DNA of 26,740 bases from positions 1 to 26,740 of the forward strand of contig JBIIJE010000025.1 of NCBI GenBank assembly GCA_044234005.1, read 5' to 3'. Positions 8,275 through 16,486 of the stretch are shown piece after piece; position 1 is the stretch's first letter; the number at the start of each line of letters is the position of its first letter. Source of the DNA: Chitinophagaceae bacterium (GTDB lineage Bacteria; Bacteroidota; Bacteroidia; Chitinophagales; Chitinophagaceae). The notes under the pieces are model-generated. The model worked only from the letters and a program-made list of their open reading frames with translations, did not search any database and was not told the DNA's origin. The position numbers and the translations under genes are program-made.

Positions 8275-9244
8275 ATGCCATTTCTTCTTATACGAGTCAA
8301 AAAAATCATTTTTTTATTTATTTTTTACTTTGCACTAATGTCATGATGGTACAATCCAGGTCAACTGGTTTGATACTTGATGATAATGCTTATGATAATA
8401 CAAATCAGTTAGCTACAGGGCTCAACGTTGCCCCTGTTGACTCAGTTGCTTCATTTAAAAAATATTGTCTTAAAGCAGGGGTGAAGGTAAGATTAGCTCT
8501 TGTGTAGGTTGGGCAACAGGGTATGCGGCATTAAGTATTTTGCTGGTGCTACAACATGAGCTGTCTAATAATCTTGCATCTCAATTGGCTCGTTCAAATA
8601 TGTTTATTTACAATTAAATTAAGGTAGATGATTGTATTTCGGGTTCGAGAATGAACAATTCGCTTGACTAACTTGGAACTCGAGGTAGTTGTGCTTACAA
8701 AGTTTTTTACACGAGTGATTGTAATATACTACCGAGTCCTGCTTTTAAAGATGCTGCGAATCCAATGGCGATAATAGCGCTTTACAAATAATTTGATAAA
8801 GAAGCCTCGAATCAAGAAAAGATAACTGCTACTATACGAAGCATAGCTTCAAATAAACCTGTAATACCATTTTGACATTAATTTTATATTATACATTTCG
8901 CTAGACGAAAATGGTAAATGCCTATGGATACAAATGTTTAGATTAAATGGAGGAACGAAATTTTAATCTGTTACATTTGTCTAATCGGTATAATTATTGG
9001 TATGCAAATAAAAACTTCTATGCAGGATTTGCGAAAAACAGGTTTATATAAGCCTAAGATGGATGCTGAAGATAGTGGTGGACATGCTATGTGCGTTGTT
9101 GGTTATGATCAACAAAAGCAGCTTTTTAAAATCACGAATTCGTGGGCGAGTGCATGGGGTAATGATGGCTTTATGTTTGTGTCTTTTGAAGATTGTGGAG
9201 CTGCTATAGCTTATGCACATCAAATTGTTATGGATCGAAATTGA
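8275..9244 (+). pseudogene. papain-family (C1-like) cysteine peptidase pseudogene with frameshifts, nonsense codons and a MITE insertion
   Basis: A signal-peptide-like segment (ATG 8275, ...KKIIFLFIFYFALMS) stops at TGA 8344-8346. A second frame (8343-8507) reads MMVQSRSTGLILDDNAYDN...FKKYCLKAG. A third frame from ~8480 reads GEGKISSCVGWATGYAALSI (catalytic-Cys region) and carries in-frame TAA codons at 8615, 8669 and 8789. The 126-bp insertion lies at 8865-8990. The same frame then resumes as GMQIKTS...GGHAMCVVGYD...ITNSWASAWGNDGFMFVSFED (catalytic His/Asn region, which is ORF 9002-9244). Confidence 0.8.
8865..8990 (+). mobile_element. 126-bp MITE-like non-autonomous element, copy 1 (inside the peptidase pseudogene)
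   Basis: 121/126 identical to 25368-25493. Terminal inverted repeats TACCATTTTGACA / TGTCTAATCGGTA. Flanked by direct TAA (8862-8864 and 8991-8993). It has no transposase-size ORF. Confidence 0.75.
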
Positions 9245-9474
9245 TCATGGGGATTGGCTGTACAATCTATTAATGAAGAGATACTAAAAATGTCAAAAGC
9301 TAGAATTTTGATTGGTGAGTTTGTGTTTAGAAAATATGATATAGATACCAACAATTTTCAAATTATTAAACCTGTTTAAGTGAGTTTATCAATATGTATT
9401 ATTATCACAGTGATGGTTCAACTTAGCCCTTCACAATAAATATTCCTTATCTTAGTTTTATCAAATTATAAAAT

Positions 9475-10158
9475 ATGTCAAACATACTCATGCTGCATGG
9501 TGCCTTAGCATCGCAAAAGCAATTCAACGAATTGATTCCACAGCTTACTCAACATACTTGTCATGCCTTAAATTTTAATGGACATGGTGGCAAAATGGTT
9601 TCAAGCAAAGGCTTTGGATTCGACTCTTTTACGGATGATATACTTCAATACCTTGATGAACATCATATTGAAACCATAAATTTATTTGGTTATAGTATGG
9701 GCGGTTATGCAGCACTTTTATTCGCTAGTAAATACCCCAATCGAGTCGAAAAAATATTTACTTTAAATGTTAAATTCAGATGGGATTTAGAAAGCACGGT
9801 CAAAGAAACTAATTTCTTGAACCCTGATAAAATGTTAGAAAAAGTGCCAGGCTTTGCGAATAATTTAATATTGCAACACGGTATGAATTTATGGAAAAAC
9901 ATGTTACACCAAACGAGCCAAATGATGCTCGATATGAGTGAAACAAACCTTCTCACTGATGAAAAAATTAAATTGATAACACATCCAAGCTTGCTCGCAG
10001 TAGGCGAACTGGATACAACAAGCAGTCTTGAAGAAACAATTGCGATGAAGAACAAACTTAAAGACGCTTCTTTACTCGTAATTCCAGCAACGCCTCATGC
10101 TTTCGAGAAAATATCAATAGAAAGATTAGTCTTTGAAATCAATAGTTTCCTGCGCTAA
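9475..10158 (+). CDS. alpha/beta-fold hydrolase (BioH/esterase-like)
   Basis: N-terminal LMLHGA, nucleophile elbow GYSMGG, a late Asp (GELD) and His (ATPHA). 227 aa. Substrate cannot be assigned. Confidence 0.8.
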   Translation: MSNILMLHGALASQKQFNELIPQLTQHTCHALNFNGHGGKMVSSKGFGFDSFTDDILQYLDEHHIETINLFGYSMGGYAALLFASKYPNRVEKIFTLNVKFRWDLESTVKETNFLNPDKMLEKVPGFANNLILQHGMNLWKNMLHQTSQMMLDMSETNLLTDEKIKLITHPSLLAVGELDTTSSLEETIAMKNKLKDASLLVIPATPHAFEKISIERLVFEINSFLR

Positions 10159-10361
10159 AGTACAGCCTAGAAGAAAATCGGATCTGAAACAATTAATAAG
10201 CTGTAAGTCAATATTTTGAGAATATTGAAAACATTTTCTAAATCGTATGGTTAAGTGCTAACTAGACTAACTAACAGCTCGTATTCTCCTTACTTAAATC
10301 CTAGCGGTTAATTTGTCTTAAACTAAGTAGTTTATTTCTATTTCAAGTTTGCTTACCTTCG

Positions 10362-13300
10362 ATGCCTCTTATGAATTTGCAATATCTGCAAGATTTATAT
10401 ACAACTCATCCTTGCGCAAATAAATTGGCGGACGACATTCTATTGTCCAAACCAAAGTTAATCGAACTTAAAAATTTACAAGCGTCTGCATTTTCATTTC
10501 TATCAACAACAGTTTTTAAGCGACTTGATGTAAATCATGTATTTATTTTAGATGATAAGGAGGCTGCCGCTTATTTTCACAACGATTTTGAAACATTAAG
10601 TCACGCCTTAGATATTTGCCTTTTCCCCGACTCATTTAAAAAATCGGGTCAAATTGGTGAGCTTAATAGCAGTCATGTAATGCTAAGAGCAGAAGCCCTG
10701 ATGAAATTTAATTCATCTCAAGTTCGAAAAAAAGTACTAGTTACTTATCCCGAAGCTTTGCTCGAAAAAGTAGTAAACGCAAATTCATTCGCAAAAAATA
10801 CAATTTACATTAAGCAAAATGAAAAGCTTGATGTGGCATTTATAACTGAGTTCATGGTAGATATGGGATTTACAAAAGTAGATTTTGTATATGAACCTGG
10901 TCAGTTTGCGATTCGGGGAGGTATCATTGATATTTACTCCTTTGGTAATGAGCATCCTTATCGAGTTGAATTATTCGATGATGAAGTAGACACTATTCGA
11001 ATTTTCAATCCAGAGACTCAATTAAGTGAGCGGAAGCTCCTACATGTTACCATTATTCCAAATATTGAAACTCGCTTTCAAACAATTGACAAAGTAGCTC
11101 TCTTTGAGTATTTACCTGAAAATACAATTATTTGGGTTCATGATGCAGAACTTCTTATGCAACGTTTCGAAAAAACTTGGAAGTACATTGATGAACATAA
11201 GGAAATAAAAGTGCATGACATCAATGATAATGAAGTTGACTTAAATCAATTAGATTTTGTTACATCAGAAGCCTTACTAAGTCAATTTCAACGTCGAACT
11301 GTTCTAGAATTTGGAAAAGGTTTTGCAGCAGATACCTTTAACATGCCAGTGCATGATTCCTATAATTTTGTTACACAAGATCAACCAAGCTTCAACCGAA
11401 ATTTCGAACTGCTCATCAAAGATTTACATGAACGTAGTGCTGCGCATTACAATATTTTTATCTTTTCTGAAAATCCAAAGCAACTAGAACGTTTACGAAC
11501 GATTTTTCAAGAGTTGAAAGCTAATATTTTATTTACGCCTATCCCACATTCAATTTCACAAGGCTTCATAGATGCTGATTTGAAGATAGTTTGTTATACC
11601 GATCATCAAATATTTCAGCGTTACCACAAGTATAAAATGAAGCAAGCTTATTCGCAAGGAAAAGCTTTAAGCATGAGAGCTTTACGCGAATTGACACCTG
11701 GTGATTTTGTTGCGCATATCGATCATGGTGTAGGTCGTTACAGTGGATTGCAAAAAATAGATGTGAATGGTGTGATGCAAGAGGCGGTGCGTATTATTTA
11801 TAAAGACAACGATGTACTTTATGTAAATATCAACTCACTTCACAAAATAACTAAATACACAGGCAAAGAAGGAACCGAACCTAAAATACATAAAATTGGC
11901 AGCGGTGTTTGGGAAAAATTAAAATCAAAAACTAAAAAGCAAATTAAAGATATTGCAAGTGATCTGATTAAGTTGTATGCCAAGCGTAAAGCCTCGAAAG
12001 GATTTGCTCATACACCTGATTCATACTTGCAAACCGAATTAGAGGTATCATTTATGTATGAAGATACACCTGATCAAAGCAAAGCAACTGCTGATGTAAA
12101 AAGAGATATGGAAAGCGATTCGCCCATGGATAGGTTGGTATGCGGTGATGTGGGATTTGGGAAAACTGAAGTAGCGATTCGTGCAGCTTTTAAAACAGTT
12201 GTCGATGGCAAGCAAGCTGCAATACTCGTTCCTACAACTATATTAGCTTATCAGCATTATCAAAATTTTAAAGAAAGATTAAAGGATTTTCCATGTACGG
12301 TAGATTATATCAATCGATTTAAATCGACGAAGCAAAAAAAGGAAACACTACAATTGCTTAAAGAAGGTAAAATTGATATCATAATCGGTACCCATGCATT
12401 ATTGAGTAAAGATGTGGAGTTTAAAGACTTAGGTGTGCTTGTTGTAGATGAAGAACAAAAATTTGGTGTAGCCGCAAAGGAAAAAATTCGTTCCTTTAAA
12501 GCCGATGTAGATACCTTGACGTTAACAGCTACTCCCATTCCTAGGACCTTGCAATTTTCTTTAATGGGTGCTCGAGATTTAAGTGTAATTAATACACCGC
12601 CGCCTAATAGGCAGCCTGTTCACACCGAATTAAGTGTGTTTAATGAAGTATTGATTCGGGATTCTATTTATTATGAAACGGAAAGAGGCGGGCAAGTATT
12701 CTTCATTCATAATCGAGTACAAGGCTTAGCGGAGATGAAAGCTTTGATTCAAAATTTGTGTCCCGATATTAGTATTGGTATTGCTCATGGACAATTAGAA
12801 GGCGATGAGTTGGAAGAAACTATCCTTGATTTCATGGCGCAAAAATATGATGTTTTAGTATGTACAAATATTGTTGAAAGTGGCGTTGATATTCCGAATG
12901 CCAACACCATCATTATTAATAATGCACACAATTTTGGGTTGAGTGATTTGCATCAATTACGCGGTAGGGTTGGACGCAGCAACAAAAAGGCATTTTGTTA
13001 TTTACTTTCACCATCATTAAGTTTGTTGCCGAGTGATTCTAAAAAACGATTACAAACTATTGAACAATATAGCGAATTGGGGAGCGGATTTTCTATTTCG
13101 ATGCGTGATTTAGATATTCGAGGTGCAGGCAATATGTTAGGTGGTGAGCAAAGCGGATTTATTACGGATATCGGTTTTGAAATGTACCAAAAGATATTGA
13201 ATGAGGCCATTCATGAACTCAAGAATACTGAATTCAAAGAAGTATTCAAAGACCAAATTCATCACAAACAAGATTACGTAAGCGATTGTACAGTAGATAC

Positions 13301-13766
13301 CGATTTAGAAATCTTGATTCCAGATTCTTATGTAGAAAGTATCGCTGAAAGATTGTATCTCTATACTCAGCTAGACAATTGCGAAACTGAACAAGAATTG
13401 GAATCTTTTAGAAGTTCTTTAGTAGATAGATTTGGACCATTACCTAAACAGGTAGGTGATTTACTAACAGCCTTGCGTGCTAGATGGATTGCGCAGGAAG
13501 TTGGTTTTGAAAGACTAATCCTAAAGAACAAACAACTGCGATTATACTTTGTTTCTAACCCAGACTCACCCTATTTTGAAAGTGAAACATTCAAACACAT
13601 ACTCGATGTAATTCAAATGCAAATTAAAAATGCTAGGCTGAAAAATGTAGGTACTAATTTTATGCTTATTGTTGATGATATCAGAACCATCAACGATGTA
13701 CTTCAGCTCATTCAAAGAATGAAATTACAAGATAAAGAAAGCACGATAGAAAAAATAGAAAGCTAA
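10362..13766 (+). CDS. mfd: transcription-repair coupling factor Mfd
   Basis: 1134 aa. UvrB-homology N-terminus, RNAP-interaction domain (GDFVAHIDHGVGRY), helicase motifs GDVGFGKTEVA, DEEQKFG, TATPIPRT and QLRGRVGRS, and a TRG-motif region. The start could instead be ATG 10371. Confidence 0.95.
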   Translation: MPLMNLQYLQDLYTTHPCANKLADDILLSKPKLIELKNLQASAFSFLSTTVFKRLDVNHVFILDDKEAAAYFHNDFETLSHALDICLFPDSFKKSGQIGELNSSHVMLRAEALMKFNSSQVRKKVLVTYPEALLEKVVNANSFAKNTIYIKQNEKLDVAFITEFMVDMGFTKVDFVYEPGQFAIRGGIIDIYSFGNEHPYRVELFDDEVDTIRIFNPETQLSERKLLHVTIIPNIETRFQTIDKVALFEYLPENTIIWVHDAELLMQRFEKTWKYIDEHKEIKVHDINDNEVDLNQLDFVTSEALLSQFQRRTVLEFGKGFAADTFNMPVHDSYNFVTQDQPSFNRNFELLIKDLHERSAAHYNIFIFSENPKQLERLRTIFQELKANILFTPIPHSISQGFIDADLKIVCYTDHQIFQRYHKYKMKQAYSQGKALSMRALRELTPGDFVAHIDHGVGRYSGLQKIDVNGVMQEAVRIIYKDNDVLYVNINSLHKITKYTGKEGTEPKIHKIGSGVWEKLKSKTKKQIKDIASDLIKLYAKRKASKGFAHTPDSYLQTELEVSFMYEDTPDQSKATADVKRDMESDSPMDRLVCGDVGFGKTEVAIRAAFKTVVDGKQAAILVPTTILAYQHYQNFKERLKDFPCTVDYINRFKSTKQKKETLQLLKEGKIDIIIGTHALLSKDVEFKDLGVLVVDEEQKFGVAAKEKIRSFKADVDTLTLTATPIPRTLQFSLMGARDLSVINTPPPNRQPVHTELSVFNEVLIRDSIYYETERGGQVFFIHNRVQGLAEMKALIQNLCPDISIGIAHGQLEGDELEETILDFMAQKYDVLVCTNIVESGVDIPNANTIIINNAHNFGLSDLHQLRGRVGRSNKKAFCYLLSPSLSLLPSDSKKRLQTIEQYSELGSGFSISMRDLDIRGAGNMLGGEQSGFITDIGFEMYQKILNEAIHELKNTEFKEVFKDQIHHKQDYVSDCTVDTDLEILIPDSYVESIAERLYLYTQLDNCETEQELESFRSSLVDRFGPLPKQVGDLLTALRARWIAQEVGFERLILKNKQLRLYFVSNPDSPYFESETFKHILDVIQMQIKNARLKNVGTNFMLIVDDIRTINDVLQLIQRMKLQDKESTIEKIES

Positions 13767-14686
13767 TCTGTAGGTAATAAAATATTATAAGTTCTTCCTT
13801 TTTTATTCATTAAAAATTTATCTCTCAACCACGGATTAAGCATACGAATCGTTTTGTAGTTAGTGCCTTTATGCTTGGCATAGGAAACTAAGCTGCCAAT
13901 GCTACCGCTTATCGTTTCATGTTTTACCTTAAGTGGCTTATATAAATCATCTTTGTCTAAATTAAATCCAAGCTCTTTTTGGTTTGATAAGATATACTTT
14001 AAAGCTGCAATGCGAAATACATAACGCATAGTTTCTTCAGGCAATAACACATCGTAAAAATTTGTTTCGCTTTGATTGGTCAAGGCGCTATTCATGCCAC
14101 CCATGCCGCAGTTGTATGATGCTGCCGCAGAAGTCCAATTGCCAAATTTAGCGTAAGCTTCTTTCAGATATTTACAGGCAGCATCAGTGGCTTTTTCAGG
14201 ATTATACCTTTCATCCACTTCGCTATCTATATATAATCCATAGCTCGGTGCTGTGCTAGGCATAAATTGCCAAAATCCAACAGCCCCGACACGAGATGTT
14301 TGATTTTGCAACGCACTTTCTGCAATAGCTAAATATTTAAAATCATCAGGTACACCATTTGCTTCTAAACGCTCCTCTATCATCGGTAACCATCGATTCA
14401 TGAGTTTAATAATGTAGGAAGTAGAGCCTTGCATAAAAGTATTTACTAATATCTCTCTGTCGAATCGTTCTCTGACATCCCATATTTCGAGGGGTAATTT
14501 TTCGCCAAACAAAGAAAAGGATTTCGGCGTGTTGGGCACTACCACTTGAAGCATATTGCCACCATTCAAGTTTTGTTCTTGGAGAGCTTCTTGTTTTGTT
14601 TCTGTTCTTAAATATCTCGGATTATTTTGCGCAACTGAAAATTGAGAACTAAGTAGCAAGCAAGTTGCTGCAATCATTTTATACAT
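13763..14686 (-). CDS. lytic transglycosylase (SLT domain, MltD-like) with signal peptide
   Basis: Signal peptide MYKMIAATCLLLSSQFSVAQ. SLT core AIAESALQ (catalytic Glu)...GAVGFWQFMPSTA...AASYNCG. The stop overlaps the mfd stop by 4 bp. Confidence 0.85.
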   Translation of the reverse strand: MYKMIAATCLLLSSQFSVAQNNPRYLRTETKQEALQEQNLNGGNMLQVVVPNTPKSFSLFGEKLPLEIWDVRERFDREILVNTFMQGSTSYIIKLMNRWLPMIEERLEANGVPDDFKYLAIAESALQNQTSRVGAVGFWQFMPSTAPSYGLYIDSEVDERYNPEKATDAACKYLKEAYAKFGNWTSAAASYNCGMGGMNSALTNQSETNFYDVLLPEETMRYVFRIAALKYILSNQKELGFNLDKDDLYKPLKVKHETISGSIGSLVSYAKHKGTNYKTIRMLNPWLRDKFLMNKKGRTYNILLPTD

Positions 14687-14716
14687 AAATTTTTAGAATT
14701 ATTAGGAGAGTAAATA

Positions 14717-15223
14717 TTAAGTCGTTTTCTTCTTATAGATAGGTACAGTACTGCAAGGTTCGCCATACATAATACTCTTAGCCCATGGCTTTAATTTTTC
14801 AGTAATACTTGCATAAGCACTTGGCGGTATTGGCAATTCGCCGCATCCCTTAATAACAATACGTTTGTCGGCATAAGGTGTTGCATCCATTTTTTGAATT
14901 GCCTCCAACATAAATGATTCTTTGCAAGTATCTTCATTACCTACCTTGATGGCTGATGCAACCTCGCTTAAATAGCTGCTTACTAACATATAAGCCCATA
15001 CTGGAATAATTGCATCTACACTGCAAGTAATTATTACATTTTTTTTAAGATATTCATTCCAGTTCAATTGTTGTAGTGCTGCTCGAAAATCTTTCTCTTT
15101 TAAAATCAAGCCCATAAATAAATGTTCCTTTAAATCAAAAACTACAACATCCTTGGGGGCAAAATCTTCAAGATTCAAAGTAATAATGCCACTCTCTGCT
15201 ACTTTATTTACAATTACTTCCAT
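14717..15223 (-). CDS. DUF2480 family protein
   Basis: From MEVIVNKVAESGIITLNLEDF... through ...AIIPVWAYMLV... to ...SIMYGEPCSTVPIYKK matches my recollection of DUF2480 (about 170 aa). Start set at the internal ATG 15223. The 39-codon upstream extension in the ORF track contains the promoter box and lacks family similarity. Confidence 0.72.
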   Translation of the reverse strand: MEVIVNKVAESGIITLNLEDFAPKDVVVFDLKEHLFMGLILKEKDFRAALQQLNWNEYLKKNVIITCSVDAIIPVWAYMLVSSYLSEVASAIKVGNEDTCKESFMLEAIQKMDATPYADKRIVIKGCGELPIPPSAYASITEKLKPWAKSIMYGEPCSTVPIYKKKTT

Positions 15224-15228
15224 ATTTG

Positions 15229-15236
15229 CAAATTTA
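15229..15236 (-). promoter_or_regulatory. candidate -7 box (TAAATTTG on minus strand) for the DUF2480 gene
   Basis: Plus strand reads CAAATTTA, 5 nt upstream of ATG 15223. Confidence 0.4.
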
Positions 15237-15360
15237 GGTGATGCGCTATTGAAATGTCCAAGTAAATCGTTAATGCAAATAGTATAAAATTTAGTATTCA
15301 AAACTAGCAGAATTTCTAAAAGTCGTTTTTTAGAATGCATTACAATCGTTTAAGGAGTAT

Positions 15361-15368
15361 TATATTTG
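15361..15368 (+). promoter_or_regulatory. candidate -7 box TATATTTG for the PaaE-type reductase gene
   Basis: Exact TAnnTTTG match 29 nt upstream of ATG 15398. Confidence 0.4.
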
Positions 15369-15397
15369 CTCGAATTGATAATAAGTAAATATTTTAC

Positions 15398-16483
15398 ATG
15401 GCGACTCCTCATTTTCATACCTTAAAAGTATCAGACATAACGCGCGAAACTCCAACTTGCGTCTCAGTAGCATTTCATATTCCTGATGAAATCAAACATG
15501 AATTTGCTTATCAAGCAGGTCAGTATATTACTTGTAAAAAAACTATTGATGGGGAAGAAATAAGACGTTCTTATTCATTATGTAGTTCTCCGCTAGAGAA
15601 TGATTTTCGCGTAGCCATTAAACAAGTTCAAGATGGTATTTTTTCGACGTATGCAAACACAAGATTGCAAGTTGGCGACGAAATTGAAGTAATGAATCCA
15701 ATAGGAAATTTCACTTTAAAACTTCATGACGCCAACAAGCACAATTATATGGCCTTTGCAGCAGGTAGCGGTATTACCCCCATTTTAAGCCTAATCAAGA
15801 CCATATTAATTGCCGAGCCAGAAAGTACGTTTACATTAGTATATGGTAATCAAAATATTTATTCTATTATTTTCCGGGAGGAAATAGAAGGACTAAAGAA
15901 TAAATTTATGCAACGATTGCAAGTGGTGCATGTTTTAAGTAGAGAACGGATGGAAACTGAAGTTAATTATGGCAGAATAAATGCAGTGAAGTGCGAGCAA
16001 CTTTTACAAAAAGCAATTGATTATAAGCATATGCATCAGTTTTTTCTGTGTGGCCCAGAAGAAATGATAATGAGCGTAAAAGACTATTTGGTGCAACATG
16101 GTGTTGATGAACATATAATTCGCTTTGAATTATTTACGAGTAGCTCTGCGAAGAAAGCTAAAAAAGAGTACAAAGAGGTGCATGTTGCGGATGCGGCAAA
16201 GATGTGCAGCGTAACTGTTAAAGTTGATGAGAGAAGTTTTGATTTACAATTGGCTTATGGAGGAGATAGTTTATTGGATGCTGCATTAAAGCATGGGGCT
16301 GATTTGCCATTTGCATGCAAAGGTGGGGTTTGCTGTACTTGCAAAGCAAAAATAATAGAAGGTACAGTTGAAATGGAGGTTAATTATGCGTTAGAGCCTG
16401 AAGAAGTTGCCGCTGGTTATGTGTTGACTTGCCAAGCTCATCCCACGAGTGAAAGAGTTGTCATCGATTTTGATGCCCGGTAA
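15398..16483 (+). CDS. ferredoxin-NAD(P) reductase with C-terminal plant-type 2Fe-2S domain (PaaE/PaaK-like)
   Basis: FAD motif RRSYSL, NAD(P) motif AAGSGITP, and a C-terminal 2Fe-2S cluster CKGGVCCTCKAK...LTCQ. No other paa genes are nearby. Confidence 0.85.
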   Translation: MATPHFHTLKVSDITRETPTCVSVAFHIPDEIKHEFAYQAGQYITCKKTIDGEEIRRSYSLCSSPLENDFRVAIKQVQDGIFSTYANTRLQVGDEIEVMNPIGNFTLKLHDANKHNYMAFAAGSGITPILSLIKTILIAEPESTFTLVYGNQNIYSIIFREEIEGLKNKFMQRLQVVHVLSRERMETEVNYGRINAVKCEQLLQKAIDYKHMHQFFLCGPEEMIMSVKDYLVQHGVDEHIIRFELFTSSSAKKAKKEYKEVHVADAAKMCSVTVKVDERSFDLQLAYGGDSLLDAALKHGADLPFACKGGVCCTCKAKIIEGTVEMEVNYALEPEEVAAGYVLTCQAHPTSERVVIDFDAR

Positions 16484-16486
16484 ATT

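Noticed and set aside
8931-9001. Small ORFs inside or reading out of the MITE (MVNAYGYKCLD and MEERNFNLLHLSNRY...)
   Set aside because: They are very short, continue into unrelated flanking sequence in each copy, and one of two substitutions is non-synonymous. There is no evidence that they are coding.
9242-9379. TGA read as a sense codon (genetic code 4 or 25), suggested by open frames continuing after the TGAs at 9242 and 26003 and by the absence of TGA stops
   Set aside because: All intact genes translate full-length under the standard code with no internal TGA. Both read-through cases lie in loci with independent inactivating lesions, so recent nonsense mutation is the simpler explanation.
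15224-15340. The 39-codon 5' extension of the DUF2480 ORF
   Set aside because: The family-like sequence begins at MEVIVNKV, and the extension contains the TAAATTTG -7 box at 15229-15236.
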